Positions 43,511 through 54,388 of a stretch of 64,000 nt of DNA are shown piece by piece. Below the pieces are notes generated by a model. It saw only the letters and a program-made list of their open reading frames with translations. It was not told the DNA's origin and ran no database searches. Both the position numbers and the translations under genes were made by a program. The first letter of the stretch is position 1, and each line of letters begins with the position of its first letter. Source of the stretch: Alphaproteobacteria bacterium (lineage in GTDB: Bacteria > Pseudomonadota > Alphaproteobacteria > CALKHQ01); contig CBDDFZ010000001.1 of assembly GCA_965227515.1 (NCBI GenBank), positions 3,776,001 through 3,840,000 of the forward strand, in the 5' to 3' direction.

Positions 43511-43873
43511 GTGACATTCGGCTTCAATCTTTTCTCCAGGTGGCGCGGCGAGCGCGTGGGCGCCGACGAGTACGGCAACGAGTATTTTCAGGCCCGGCGC
43601 GCGCGCAAGGGCGAACGGCGCCGGCGCTGGGTCATGTATGACGGCGCGCCGGAGGCATCGAAGGTGCCGCCGGAATGGCATGCCTGGCTGCACTACACCA
43701 TCGACGAGCCGCCGGCCGACGGCGGCAAGCTGAAATACGCGTGGCAGAAGCCGCACCAGCCGAACCTCACCGGCACCGCGGCGGCCTATCGTCCGCCGGG
43801 GCACACATTGGCGGGCGGCCACCGCGCGCGCGCCACTGGCGACTATGAGCCATGGACGCCTGGCCAGGATTAA
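43511..43873 (+). CDS. NADH:ubiquinone oxidoreductase subunit NDUFA12 family
   Basis: VGADEYGNEYF, RRWVMY, VPPEWHAWLH, WQKPHQPNLTGT, DYEPW. Confidence 0.93.
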   Translation: MTFGFNLFSRWRGERVGADEYGNEYFQARRARKGERRRRWVMYDGAPEASKVPPEWHAWLHYTIDEPPADGGKLKYAWQKPHQPNLTGTAAAYRPPGHTLAGGHRARATGDYEPWTPGQD

Positions 43874-43979
43874 TGTCGTTCTGGACTGACACGACAAGAC
43901 GCAGCGGCACGCGGGCGCGCTGAAATTCTGCCACTATCCTGCGATCGGCTGAGGGGCGGGGACGACTCGGAGTGAAGGC

Positions 43980-44438
43980 ATGGGACGAAATTTGATCGAG
44001 ACGGTGATGGGGGCCGTGGTGCTGGCGGTGGCCGTGGTGTTTGTCGCCTTCGCGTATTCCAGCGCCGGCGTGCAAACCGTCGACGGCTATGCCGTGAAGG
44101 CGGCATTCAACCGTGTCGACGGCCTGAACGTCGGCAGCGACGTGCGCCTGGGCGGCATCAAGATCGGCACCGTCTCGGCGCTTGAGCTGGACCCAGCGAG
44201 CTTCCGCGCCCAGGCCACCCTGGCCGTGGCGGAACAGATCGAACTGCCGACCGACAGCTCCGCGCGCATCCTCTCCGAAGGCCTGCTCGGCGGGTCATAT
44301 ATCGACATCCAGCCCGGCGGCGAACTGGATGTGCTCGCCGACGGCGGCAACATTCAATACACCCAGGATCCGATCAATTTGGTCGACCTGCTGGGACGCT
44401 TCGTGTTCAGCGTCGCCGAGGAAGGGTCGCAGGAATAG
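43980..44438 (+). CDS. mlaD: MlaD/MCE family protein
   Basis: DGLNVGSDVRLGGIKIGTV, LPTDSSARI, GLLGGSYI. Confidence 0.9.
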   Translation: MGRNLIETVMGAVVLAVAVVFVAFAYSSAGVQTVDGYAVKAAFNRVDGLNVGSDVRLGGIKIGTVSALELDPASFRAQATLAVAEQIELPTDSSARILSEGLLGGSYIDIQPGGELDVLADGGNIQYTQDPINLVDLLGRFVFSVAEEGSQE

Positions 44439-44512
44439 CCCTGCCGAGCCCGTACTCGGCGGCATGGCCCCGGCGGCATGGCACAAGCGGCTTGACACAG
44501 CCAGGCAAGGCA

Positions 44513-44953
44513 ATGACCGACCACCGCAAATTTCGTGACCGACTGAGGCAGGGTTTCGGCATCTCGGCGCTCATACTAGGCGCTGCCCTGCCCGGCATCG
44601 CCCATGCGCAAGGTGCTGGCGAGATCGTACAAAGCCAGACCGCCCTGCTGGGCGCCCTGGACAAGATCACCGCGCGCCTGACCGAGGTTCCGATCGACGT
44701 CGGCACGTCGGCCGCGTTCGAGCGGCTGGAGATCGAGGTCTATGCCTGCCAGCAACGCACGGTGGAGGCGCGGCTGGACACGGCGGCCTTCCTGCGCATT
44801 CTGGAAACCCGGCCCGATGGCGAGGTCGTGCCCGTGTTCAGCGGCTGGATGTTCGCCAACTCGCCGGGCCTGTCGGCGATGGACCACGCGGTCTACGACG
44901 TTTGGTTGGTCAACTGCCTGGCCACCGACACCGGTGGCGAGGGCGACGGCTAG
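44513..44953 (+). CDS. DUF2155 domain protein
   Basis: LDKITAR, VFSGWMFANSPGLSAMDHAVYDVW. Confidence 0.88.
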   Translation: MTDHRKFRDRLRQGFGISALILGAALPGIAHAQGAGEIVQSQTALLGALDKITARLTEVPIDVGTSAAFERLEIEVYACQQRTVEARLDTAAFLRILETRPDGEVVPVFSGWMFANSPGLSAMDHAVYDVWLVNCLATDTGGEGDG

Positions 44954-44982
44954 AGACCGCCGCCGCACGCCGCCGGCTCGTT

Positions 44983-45420
44983 CTAGGCGGCGGGTGCCAC
45001 CTCGCGCGATCCGAGCCGCAGCAACGGCGCCACGAACGCAGCCAGGAACACCAGGTTCAGGAGCACATTGAGCGGTGCGCCGGCGGCGACCGATCCGGCG
45101 CAGTCCGCCACGAACCAGATGCTGACATTCGTCAGGATCAGGCGCCGAGCCAAGGCCGGGTCGCGCGGCATCAGCCGGGTCGTGATCTGCCACAGCATCA
45201 CGCCCCAGCCGATCAGAATACCGCCGCCGATGCCGGCAAGCAGGCGCGCGCCCGGCACCGCCAGACCCTCCCCGCCATCGACCGGCCAGAACACCAGATC
45301 GAGCAGAAACTCGGCCGGCCATGCGGTTGCCGGCAGGGCACCCAGGCCAACCAGGACGCCGGAGGCAACGACGGCACCGGAGGCGCACTTGAGCGCGGCG
45401 ACGCGCGATTTCATTTCCAT
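44983..45420 (-). CDS. Hypothetical 4-TM membrane protein
   Basis: DLVFWPVDG, GWG, WFVADCAGS; divergent from an XRE regulator. Confidence 0.75.
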   Translation of the reverse strand: MEMKSRVAALKCASGAVVASGVLVGLGALPATAWPAEFLLDLVFWPVDGGEGLAVPGARLLAGIGGGILIGWGVMLWQITTRLMPRDPALARRLILTNVSIWFVADCAGSVAAGAPLNVLLNLVFLAAFVAPLLRLGSREVAPAA

Positions 45421-45555
45421 GTCGGTTCTCCCTTGCAGTTCATGCGGCGGGAGACTGGCCGGCTCCATGTCGCTCCGCAATTACCCCGCAGGTAAGCGAC
45501 CGCGCCCACGAATGCGCCTATGCTGCCGGCTTCTCCACAAGAAGCGGCTGCACAC

Positions 45556-46347
45556 ATGGATTCGGCATTCGGAACCGTCTTGAAGGAATGGCGCGGCCGG
45601 CGGCGCATGAGCCAGCTCGACCTGGGCCTGACCGCCGACGTCTCGGCACGCCATATCTCGTTTCTGGAAACCGGGCGCGCGCGCCCCAGCCGCGCGATGG
45701 TGGCATCCCTGTGCGAAGCATTGGAGGTGCCGCGCGCCGAGCGGAACTCGGTGCTGCATGCCGCGGGCTTCGCACCTGCCTACCGCCGTCGCGACCTGGA
45801 CGCGGCCGAGATGGCACACGTGCGCGCCGCGGTCGATTGGACGCTGGACCGGCACGCCCCCTACCCCGCCATGGCGCTGGACCGGCACTGGCACGTGGTG
45901 CGGGCCAATGCGCCAATGCAGGCGATGCTGGCCGGGCTCGGCGTCGGTGAAGGCGACAGCCTGCTCCACGCCACGCTGGACGTGGCGCGGATGCGGCAGA
46001 TCATCGAGAACTGGGAGGATGTCGGCCGGCACCTGGTCGCGCGATTGCGGACCGAGAGCGCCCACCTGGGCGGCGACCAGGTGCTGGACGAGGCCGCGGC
46101 GGCACTGAGTGCCACACTCGGCCCGGCACAGGCCCCGGCACACACGAAAACCGAAGGCGCGCTGGGCGCGGTGCTGCCGACCCGATATCGCACGCCGGAT
46201 GGCTGCGTGCTGTCGCTCATGTCGACGATGGCGCAGTTCGGCACGGCCGAGGACATCGCGCTGTCGGAACTCAGAATCGAGATGATGTTTCCCGCCGACG
46301 ACGCCACCCGCGCCGCGCTGCACGCCCTGGCGGCCGGCGGGCCATGA
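45556..46347 (+). CDS. XRE-family (MmyB-like) transcriptional regulator
   Basis: MSQLDL..VSARHISFLETGRARPS HTH, PYPAMALDRHW, ELRIEMMFPAD. Confidence 0.9.
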   Translation: MDSAFGTVLKEWRGRRRMSQLDLGLTADVSARHISFLETGRARPSRAMVASLCEALEVPRAERNSVLHAAGFAPAYRRRDLDAAEMAHVRAAVDWTLDRHAPYPAMALDRHWHVVRANAPMQAMLAGLGVGEGDSLLHATLDVARMRQIIENWEDVGRHLVARLRTESAHLGGDQVLDEAAAALSATLGPAQAPAHTKTEGALGAVLPTRYRTPDGCVLSLMSTMAQFGTAEDIALSELRIEMMFPADDATRAALHALAAGGP

Positions 46348-46862
46348 CGAAGCCCGTCGCGCTGAGGGGCCTTGCCGAGTGCGATCTTGCGATGCTGCAT
46401 GGCTGGCTCAACGCGGGTCACTTGTACCCGTTCTACACCTCCGGGCCGGTGGCACGGTCCGAGGTCGAGGATGAGTTCTCACCGCGACTGGGCAGCGGGC
46501 ACGCCGTTCGCGGCCTCATTGCCGAAACCGACGGCGAACCGTTCGGCTACATCCAATGGTATCTGAATGCCGCCTATCCGACCTATGGCGCGGCCATGGC
46601 GGGTCACACGAACGGTGTCAGCTTCGACTACTTCATCGGCAGTGCGGCACATTTGGGCAAGGGTCTGGGCACAGCCATGCTGCGCGCGACGGTCGCCCAT
46701 GTCGCCCCACACGTGTCGGCGCCGGACCGCAGGTTCTACGTCTGGCACGACGACCGCAACATCGCGGCGATACGGTGCACGACTTCAGCCGGTTTTCAGC
46801 AGTGCGCCGAGCTGGAGGCCAATGGGCAGGCCGGTTGGCTGTATACCCGAGGCCCGGCATAG
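46344..46862 (+). CDS. GNAT acetyltransferase
   Basis: PFGYIQWY, IG..HLGKGLGT, NIAAIRC...GF. Confidence 0.8.
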   Translation: MTKPVALRGLAECDLAMLHGWLNAGHLYPFYTSGPVARSEVEDEFSPRLGSGHAVRGLIAETDGEPFGYIQWYLNAAYPTYGAAMAGHTNGVSFDYFIGSAAHLGKGLGTAMLRATVAHVAPHVSAPDRRFYVWHDDRNIAAIRCTTSAGFQQCAELEANGQAGWLYTRGPA

Positions 46863-46878
46863 CCGGGCGGGCGACAAC

Positions 46879-49278
46879 TCAGTCCGCCAGCACCTTTTCC
46901 TTCTTTGGCCCACCGCCGGACTTCGGCCCGCCGGAGCGCTTGCGCTTGCCGGACGGCTTGTTGCCGGGGCCCTTCTTCGGCGAAGACGATCCGCCTGACC
47001 CGCCGCCACCGGAACCGCTGGGCGCGGCTGGCTTGTGCTCGAACACCAGCTCGTCGCCGTCCAGGTCGACCATCGCCACGCCGCCCTTGGCGAGCTTGCC
47101 GAACAGCAGCTCCTCGGCCAGCGGCTTCTTGATCTTCTCCTGGATCAGGCGGCTGAGCGGACGCGCGCCATAGGTGCGGTCGTAACCCTGCCCGGCCAGC
47201 CAGTCGCGTGCGGCGTCGCTCAGCTCGATGGTCACGTTGCGGTCCAGCAACTGCTCCTCAAGCTGCATGATGAACTTGTCGACCACGCGCTTGATGATGC
47301 TGGGCGTCAAGTGACCGAACGGAATGATCGCGTCCAGCCGGTTGCGGAACTCCGGCGAGAACATGCGGTCGATGGCTTCCTTGTCGTCGCCCTCGCGCAC
47401 CTGGCGCTCGAAGCCGATGGCCGGCTTGGCGAGGTCGGCGGCGCCCGCGTTGGTGGTCATGATCAGGATGACGTTGCGGAAGTCGACGGTCTTGCCGTTG
47501 TGGTCGGTCAGCTTGCCGTGGTCCATCACCTGCAACAGGATGTTGAACAGGTCCGGGTGCGCCTTCTCGATCTCGTCCAGCAGCAGCACACAGAACGGGT
47601 GCTGGTCGACCGCATCGGTCAGCAGCCCGCCCTGGTCGAACCCGACATAGCCGGGCGGCGCACCGATCAGGCGGCTGACCGAATGCCGCTCCATGTACTC
47701 CGACATATCGAAACGCTTCAGCTCGACGCCCAGCGTCGATGCGAGCTGGCGCGCCACTTCCGTCTTGCCGACGCCGGTGGGGCCGGAGAACAGGTAGTTG
47801 CCGATGGGCTTCTCCGGCTCGCGCAGGCCGGCCCGCGACAGCTTGATGGCGCTGGCCAGCGCGTCGATAGCCTTGTCCTGGCCATAGACCATGCGCTTCA
47901 GGTCGCGCTCCAGGTTCTGCAGTACTTCCTTGTCGTCGCGGGTGACGTTCTTCGGCGGGATGCGCGCGATCTTGGCGACAATCGCCTCCACGTCCTTCAC
48001 GCCCACCGTCTTGCGCCGCTTGGAGGGCGCCACCAGCATCTGCGCCGCGCCCACCTCGTCGATCACGTCGATCGCCTTGTCCGGCAGCTTGCGGTCGTTG
48101 ATGTAGCGCGATGCCAGCTCCGCGGCGGTGCGGATCGCATCCTCGGTGTAGCGGATCTTGTGGTGCTCTTCGTAATACGGCTTGAGCCCACGCAGAATCT
48201 TGATCGTATCGTCCAGGCTTGGCTCGTTGACGTCGATCTTCTGGAACCGCCGCACCAGCGCGCGGTCCTTCTCGAAGTAGTTGCGGTATTCCTTGTAGGT
48301 GGTCGACCCGATGCAGCGCAGTGTGCCGCTGGCCAGCGCGGGCTTCAACAGGTTGGAGGCGTCCATCGCCCCGCCGGACGTGGCGCCGGCACCGATCACC
48401 GTATGGATCTCGTCGATGAACAGGATCGCATGCGGCATCTCCTCCAATTCGGAGACCACCGCCTTCAAACGCTCCTCGAAGTCGCCGCGATAGCGCGTGC
48501 CGGCCAACAGCGCGCCCATGTCGAGCTGGAAGATCACCGCCGGCAGCAGCACCTCCGGCACTTCCTTGTTGACGATGCGCCGCGCCAGCCCCTCGGCGAT
48601 GGCGGTCTTACCGACGCCCGGCTCGCCGACATAGAGCGGATTGTTCTTCTGGCGGCGGCAGAGGATCTGGATCGTGCGCTCCACCTCCGCCTCGCGGCCG
48701 ATCAGCGGGTCGATGCGGCCCTGCCCGGCCTTCTCGTTCAGGTTGACGCAATAGGCGCCCAGCGCCTCCTCGCCCTTCTTCTCGCCCTTCTCCTCGCGGG
48801 ACTCCTCGTCGGCGCCACCGACCCGGCGGGTCTCGCTCTGGCCGGGCACCTTGGCAATGCCGTGGGAGATGTAGTTCACCGCGTCCAGCCGCGACATATC
48901 CTGCTCCTGCAGGTAGTAGACGGCGTGGCTCTCGCGCTCGGAGAACATGGCCACCAGCACATTGGCGCCGGTGACCTCTTCCCGGCCGGAGGACTGGACG
49001 TGGATCGCGGCGCGCTGCAACACGCGCTGGAAGCTGGAGGTGGGCTTGGCGTTGTCGGTGCGATTGACGACCAGGTAGGTGAGGTCGGCATCGACATAGC
49101 CGACCAGGTCGTTCCTGAGTTTCTCGATCTCCACCCCGCAGGCCCGCAGCACGGCGACCGCGTCCTGGTCTTCGGTCAGGGCGAGCAGCAGATGCTCAAG
49201 GGTGGCGTATTCGTGTTGTCGTTCGTTGGCTTGGGCGATCGCGCGGTGCAGTGTCTGTTCCAGATTGCGTGACAACAT
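46879..49278 (-). CDS. clpA: ATP-dependent Clp protease ATP-binding subunit ClpA
   Basis: Two AAA modules ([16 protein letters not shown]), IGF loop, downstream of clpS. Confidence 0.97.
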   Translation of the reverse strand: MLSRNLEQTLHRAIAQANERQHEYATLEHLLLALTEDQDAVAVLRACGVEIEKLRNDLVGYVDADLTYLVVNRTDNAKPTSSFQRVLQRAAIHVQSSGREEVTGANVLVAMFSERESHAVYYLQEQDMSRLDAVNYISHGIAKVPGQSETRRVGGADEESREEKGEKKGEEALGAYCVNLNEKAGQGRIDPLIGREAEVERTIQILCRRQKNNPLYVGEPGVGKTAIAEGLARRIVNKEVPEVLLPAVIFQLDMGALLAGTRYRGDFEERLKAVVSELEEMPHAILFIDEIHTVIGAGATSGGAMDASNLLKPALASGTLRCIGSTTYKEYRNYFEKDRALVRRFQKIDVNEPSLDDTIKILRGLKPYYEEHHKIRYTEDAIRTAAELASRYINDRKLPDKAIDVIDEVGAAQMLVAPSKRRKTVGVKDVEAIVAKIARIPPKNVTRDDKEVLQNLERDLKRMVYGQDKAIDALASAIKLSRAGLREPEKPIGNYLFSGPTGVGKTEVARQLASTLGVELKRFDMSEYMERHSVSRLIGAPPGYVGFDQGGLLTDAVDQHPFCVLLLDEIEKAHPDLFNILLQVMDHGKLTDHNGKTVDFRNVILIMTTNAGAADLAKPAIGFERQVREGDDKEAIDRMFSPEFRNRLDAIIPFGHLTPSIIKRVVDKFIMQLEEQLLDRNVTIELSDAARDWLAGQGYDRTYGARPLSRLIQEKIKKPLAEELLFGKLAKGGVAMVDLDGDELVFEHKPAAPSGSGGGGSGGSSSPKKGPGNKPSGKRKRSGGPKSGGGPKKEKVLAD

Positions 49279-49285
49279 CCGCGGA

Positions 49286-49609
49286 TCACTCCTTTTCAAG
49301 CGTGCACTGCAGTGGGTGCTGGTGCTGGCGGGCGAACTCGATGACCTGGGTCACCTTGGTCTCCGCCACCTCGTAGGTGTAGACGCCACAAATCCCCACC
49401 CCGCGCCTGTGCACATGCATCATGATGGCCGTGGCCTCCTCGCGGTTCTTGTTGAAGAACCGCTCCAGGATGTGCACGACGAACTCCATGGGGGTGTAGT
49501 CGTCGTTCAGCATCAGCACCTTGTACATCGACGGCTTTTTCGTCTTCGGCTTGATCCGAACGACGACGCCGGTGCCTGAGTCGCCGTCTTGACGATCGAT
49601 ATCGCTCAT
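49286..49609 (-). CDS. clpS: Clp adaptor ClpS
   Basis: [27 protein letters not shown]. Confidence 0.97.
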   Translation of the reverse strand: MSDIDRQDGDSGTGVVVRIKPKTKKPSMYKVLMLNDDYTPMEFVVHILERFFNKNREEATAIMMHVHRRGVGICGVYTYEVAETKVTQVIEFARQHQHPLQCTLEKE

Positions 49610-49880
49610 CAGAAAGACGCCCCAACGGTGCGGTTACCGGTCCCCAAACATGCGCGCCATGTCTGCCGATGGCGCGCGCGGTCGTCGGTCCGGTCACGAT
49701 CTCGCAGGTCGATCATATGAGAAGCCGGACCGCGCTGGGAAGTGTTCAATTGCTGCATCTACGCGGAAGTGTACCGGGTCGTTGTCTGGAGACGCAATCA
49801 CCTGCTGGCCGCCCGAGATCCGGCGCACCGCAGCGTGAACTGCGATGATGTACTTAGGGCGTAAAACACCGGATTCAACG

Positions 49881-49913
49881 AAAAGTGCCCGCCGGGGGGC
49901 CGACGGGCACTTT
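49881..49913 (-). terminator. Terminator after the phasin gene
   Basis: aaaagtgcccg...cgggcacttt hairpin. Confidence 0.65.
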
Positions 49914-50032
49914 CCTTGCCTATGTCCGAAACATCCTGCTCGGTCGCGCTGCCGCAGACGCGGCCCGCTTCAGGCTATGTCTTGCCGCGCACGCGCCGGT
50001 CATCGGACCGGGGTGCCGGGCAATCGCCGGTG

Positions 50033-50581
50033 TCAGGCGATCGGGCGGCTCATGCGCTCGACATTGGCGTTGAAGCGGCTGCCCAGCGGCTCGAAAGCCT
50101 GGGTCATCACGCGGGAGGTCAGCTCGCTCAGCTTGTTGCCCTCGGCAACGGCGGTGTCGAACGCCGACTTCACGTTGTTGGCCTGGATGTCGATGGCTTC
50201 CTGCAGGGTGGAGCAGCTAAACAGCTGGCGGGTCCAGGCAACGTTGCTGTCCATGCTGGACTGCGCATAGCGCATAAACTCGTTGCCGACCTCCTCGATG
50301 CCCTTCACGAGCACGTTGCCGGAATGCATCACGGTGTCGAAGGTCTCGCGGCCCATGGTCGACATCTCTTCATAGCCCTTGAAAGCCATCGCGCTGGCCT
50401 TCTCGCCATTCTCCTTGCTGAAGGCCATCGCCTTCTCAAGGCCGCTGGCGGCGGCGTCCGTGCTGGCCTGCACGATCTTCTCAAAGCTTTCCTTGCCGGC
50501 AGCCATCGCTTCCTCGGCGGCAGCGGTGGCGTCCTTCGCGGTATTGGCGGCGGTATTGGCCTTGGACTTGGCGGCGGTCAT
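50033..50581 (-). CDS. Phasin family protein
   Basis: Ala/Lys-rich N-terminus, TLQEAIDIQ..FD..VAEGNKLSEL..AFEPL. Confidence 0.85.
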   Translation of the reverse strand: MTAAKSKANTAANTAKDATAAAEEAMAAGKESFEKIVQASTDAAASGLEKAMAFSKENGEKASAMAFKGYEEMSTMGRETFDTVMHSGNVLVKGIEEVGNEFMRYAQSSMDSNVAWTRQLFSCSTLQEAIDIQANNVKSAFDTAVAEGNKLSELTSRVMTQAFEPLGSRFNANVERMSRPIA

Positions 50582-50640
50582 GTCAGGTCTCCTGAATCGC
50601 ACACACAGTGTTCGTTAAGCGCAGCGTTGCACCACGCGCT

Positions 50641-50717
50641 ATGTTGCAGTGCAACATGACTATGGTTATGGGGATCGACAGGCCAGCCGTCAAGGGACTT
50701 TTGTGCAATGCACAAAA
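50641..50717. promoter_or_regulatory. Two palindromes, PhaR-like operators
   Basis: ATGTTGCA-G-TGCAACAT and TTTTGTGCA-A-TGCACAAAA upstream of the phasin. Confidence 0.65.
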
Positions 50718-50824
50718 TTTTTGGCGGGCGCGAGATGCGGTGTGGATAGCCTGCCACGCCAACGCAAGACGCCCCCGCCGCCGTCGATTGAGTATAGCCT
50801 TCAGCCATCCGCGGACTGCCTCAA

Positions 50825-51057
50825 CCTCCCCTCTCCCAGCGGCACGCGCGGGAGAGGGAGGGGCCCGCAAACCGCAGGTTTGTGGGAGGGTGAGGGCCGG
50901 TGGCTCAGTGGTTGATCATTCGGGGGAGTGGGAACAAGAGCATCAATCTCTTGCCCATGGACGGTGCGCTGTAGTCGCTTGCGCCGTGCCCCTCACCTTC
51001 CCAGCCTGCGGCTGGGCCCCTTCCTCTCCCGCACCGCTACGCGGCGGGGAGAGGAGG
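50825..51057. repeat. REPIN-like inverted repeat element
   Basis: cctcccctctccc...gggagagggagggg...gggagggtgaggg paired with ccctcaccttccc...ctctccc...gggagaggagg. Confidence 0.7.
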
Positions 51058-51106
51058 TTTGGAACGCGCTCCGCCAAATGGGCGAGGACAACGAATCGTT
51101 GGGAGG

Positions 51107-54100
51107 TTACTCCGCAGCCTCAGGCACCTGGTCCGGGTGCCAGGGCTCGTCGGACTTGCGCTCTTCGGCGGCCTTGGCCTCTCGGGCCTCCGCCTTGGCC
51201 TGCTTGCGTTCGCGCCGGCGGTCGCGCCAGCCGCGCAGATTGGCGCGGAACATCAGCGCCGACGGCGTGACCAGCAGGGTCAACACGGTGGCGAAGGTCA
51301 GGCCGAAGGCAATGGCGGTGGCCAACTGCACCCACCACTGGGTCGACGGCGCGCCAACGCTGACGGTGCGCGAGAAGAAGTCGATGTTGATCTGCAGCAC
51401 CATCGGCATCAGGCCCAGGATGGTGGTCACCGTCGTCAATAGCACCGGGCGCAGCCGCTGCGCGCCGGTCAGCAGGATCGCCTGCCGCGGGTCCTTCACC
51501 GTCTTTTTCAGGCGGTCGTACGTGTCGATCAGCACGATGTTGTTGTTGACCACGATGCCGGCCAGCGCGATCACGCCCACCCCGCTCATCACGATGCCGA
51601 ACGGCTGGTTGGTCAGCAACAGGCCCAGCATGACGCCGATGGTCGACATGATCACCGCCGACAGGATCAGCACCGCCGAATAGAAGCTGTTGAACTGGGT
51701 CACCAGGATGATCGCCATGATGAACAGGGCGACGATGAAGGCGTTCGACAAGAATTCCTGCGCCTCGGCCTGTTCCTCGTCCTCGCCGCCGAAGGCGATC
51801 TGCACCCGCGGGTCTATCTCCGCATCGGCCAGCCAGGCCCGCATCTCCTGCACCAGGTCAGCGGCAAGCAGCGGGTTGCCCTGGTCGTCCCTCATGTCCG
51901 GGTTGATGTCGGCCTTCACCGTCATCAGGCGCATGCCGTCGGTGCGGGTCAGATTGCCGACCCGCGGCTCCGCCACCCGGGTCACGAAATTGGAGATCGG
52001 CACCAGCCCGACATCGGTCATGATGCGGATATTGTCCAGCATCGACAGGTCGCGGTACTCGGCCTCGTAGCGCGCGACGATATCGATCTCCTCGTCGGCA
52101 TCGTCCGGGCGGTACTCGCTGAACTTCAGCCCGTTGGTGACCAGCCGGATCAGGCTGCCGACCGAAGCAATGTCAGCACCGAACTTGGCGGCCTGGGCGC
52201 GGTCGACCTCGATCTCCCACTCCACGCCGGGCAGCGGGCGCGAATCCTCGATATCGACAAACGCGCCATGGTCCTCCAGCGCCGCGCGGAGCTGGGCAAT
52301 CACCGGCGGGATCGCCTCGGGATACTGCGACGAGACCTCGAGCTGGATCGGCTTGCCGACCGGCGGGCCGGCCTCCTGCTCGCGCACCTCGACGCGGATA
52401 CCGGCCAGTTCCGCCGCGCGTTCCAGGATCTCGTGCTCGATCTCCTTCGCGGAGCGCCGTTGGTCCCACTCGACGAACTCGATCTGAATGGTGCCGATCA
52501 CGTCCTCGGCCGCATCGTTGCCTTGCGCCTGACCGGCAGCGCGGGTGTAGACCGACTTCAGCTCACGATGCTGGTTGCCGACGTCGAGCACGATGTCCTC
52601 GACCTGGCTGACCAGGAAGTTCTGTTCCGCCACCGACAGGTTGCCGCGGGCGAACACCTGGAAGCTCACCTGTTCCGGCTCGACCTCGGGGAAGAACTCG
52701 ACGCCGCGGCCGAACGCGCCATAGGCCATCTGGGCCGCGATCAGGCTGGCGAACGCGATCAGGATGACCTTGCCGGGGTGGCGCAGCGCAAACCCCAGCA
52801 TGCCGAGGTACACGCGCGTGACTCCTCCGGTCTGCTTCAGCGCCGCCTCGGTGTCGACTGACGGGTCCTCGCCCGACAGCAGGCGCATGCGCTCCACCTT
52901 GGCCGGGTCCATCTTCGGCTGCTTGCGCCCGATGACACTGCCCAGCACCGGCACGAAGATGAGCGCCATCAGCAGCGAGGCCGACAACGTCGCAATCAGG
53001 GTTATCGGCAGGTACTGCATGAACTTGCCGACCAGGCCGGGCCAGAACAGCAGCGGCAGGAAGGCGGCCAGCGTGGTCGCGGTCGACGCGATGATCGGCC
53101 ACGACATCCGCTTGGCGGCGGCTCCATAGGCCTCCCGCCGGGTCTTGCCCTCGGCGAGTTTTCGGTCGGCGTACTCGGTGACGACGATGGCGCCGTCCAC
53201 CAGCATGCCGACCGCCAGGATCAGCGCGAACAGCACCACGATATTGATGGTCAGGCCCATCAGCGACAGCACCAGGATGCCGGTCAGGAACGAGCCCGGA
53301 ATGGCGACGCCGACCAGGCCGCCGGACTTCAAGCCCAGCGCGCCGACGATGACGATCATCACCAGCAGGACCGCGCTGATGACGTTGTTCTGCAGGTCGC
53401 CCAGCATGCGCCGGATGTCCTGGCTGCGGTCGCCCGAATAGGTGATCTCCACCGCGGCCGGGATGAACTCGCGGTACTGCTCGACCACCGCCTTCACCGC
53501 CTCGATGGTGTCGATCAGGTTCTCGCCGCTGCGCTTGACCACTTCCAGCGACACCGCGGCCTCGCCATTGATGCGCGCATAGGCTTCGCGGTCCTTGAAC
53601 GCACGGCGCACGACGGCGATGTCGCGCAACAGCACCGTGTTGTCGCCATCCACAACCAGCGGCAGGTTCAACAGGTCGTTCAGGCTTTCGAACAGGCCCG
53701 GCACGCGGATCGCGAACCGGCCGTCGCCGGTGTCCAGCTCGCCCGCCGCCACCAGGCGGTTCGACCGGTCGACCACGGACGCCAGTTCCGATGGCGACAG
53801 GCCGTAGCTTTCGATCAGCAGCGGGTCGACCAGCAGCTCGACCACTTCTTCCCGGTCGCCGGCGATATCGACGCTGAGCACGGAGCCGACCTGCTCGATG
53901 GCATCCTCCAGCCGCCGGCCGACCGCCAGCAGCGAGCGCTCCGGCACCTCGCCATGCAAGCTGACCGTGATCACCGGGAACAGGCTGAAATTAACCTCGT
54001 TGACGGTCGGGTCGTCGGCCTCGTCAGGCAAGTTCGGCTTGGCGCGGTCCACCTCCTCGCGCACGTCCTCCAGCGCCTGGTCGGCGTCGAACCCGGCCTC

Positions 54101-54388
54101 GAACTCCAGCGTCACGTTGGCGCCGCCCAGATAGGCGGTCGAGGTCATCTCCTTGATGCCCTCGACGTTTACCACTTCCTGCTCGACCGGGCGGATCAGC
54201 AGGCGCTCGGCATCCTCGGGCGAGATGCCCTCCAGCGACATCGACACATAGATGATCGGAATGTTGATGTCGGGCTCGCTCTCCTTCGGGATGGTGACAT
54301 AGGCGAAGGCGCCCGCGATCAGCAGCAGGACCAGGATCAGGATGACCGAGCGCGTGCGATGCAGCGCGGCTTCGATCAGGGTGATCAT
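51107..54388 (-). CDS. RND efflux permease (AcrB family)
   Basis: VGMLVDGAIVVTE, GIVVNNNIVLID, RLRPVLLT. Confidence 0.94.
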   Translation of the reverse strand: MITLIEAALHRTRSVILILVLLLIAGAFAYVTIPKESEPDINIPIIYVSMSLEGISPEDAERLLIRPVEQEVVNVEGIKEMTSTAYLGGANVTLEFEAGFDADQALEDVREEVDRAKPNLPDEADDPTVNEVNFSLFPVITVSLHGEVPERSLLAVGRRLEDAIEQVGSVLSVDIAGDREEVVELLVDPLLIESYGLSPSELASVVDRSNRLVAAGELDTGDGRFAIRVPGLFESLNDLLNLPLVVDGDNTVLLRDIAVVRRAFKDREAYARINGEAAVSLEVVKRSGENLIDTIEAVKAVVEQYREFIPAAVEITYSGDRSQDIRRMLGDLQNNVISAVLLVMIVIVGALGLKSGGLVGVAIPGSFLTGILVLSLMGLTINIVVLFALILAVGMLVDGAIVVTEYADRKLAEGKTRREAYGAAAKRMSWPIIASTATTLAAFLPLLFWPGLVGKFMQYLPITLIATLSASLLMALIFVPVLGSVIGRKQPKMDPAKVERMRLLSGEDPSVDTEAALKQTGGVTRVYLGMLGFALRHPGKVILIAFASLIAAQMAYGAFGRGVEFFPEVEPEQVSFQVFARGNLSVAEQNFLVSQVEDIVLDVGNQHRELKSVYTRAAGQAQGNDAAEDVIGTIQIEFVEWDQRRSAKEIEHEILERAAELAGIRVEVREQEAGPPVGKPIQLEVSSQYPEAIPPVIAQLRAALEDHGAFVDIEDSRPLPGVEWEIEVDRAQAAKFGADIASVGSLIRLVTNGLKFSEYRPDDADEEIDIVARYEAEYRDLSMLDNIRIMTDVGLVPISNFVTRVAEPRVGNLTRTDGMRLMTVKADINPDMRDDQGNPLLAADLVQEMRAWLADAEIDPRVQIAFGGEDEEQAEAQEFLSNAFIVALFIMAIILVTQFNSFYSAVLILSAVIMSTIGVMLGLLLTNQPFGIVMSGVGVIALAGIVVNNNIVLIDTYDRLKKTVKDPRQAILLTGAQRLRPVLLTTVTTILGLMPMVLQINIDFFSRTVSVGAPSTQWWVQLATAIAFGLTFATVLTLLVTPSALMFRANLRGWRDRRRERKQAKAEAREAKAAEERKSDEPWHPDQVPEAAE

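Noticed and set aside
36302-49609. aat with clpS-clpA as a novel N-degron cluster
   Set aside because: Well-known housekeeping genes, 10 kb apart, in familiar contexts.
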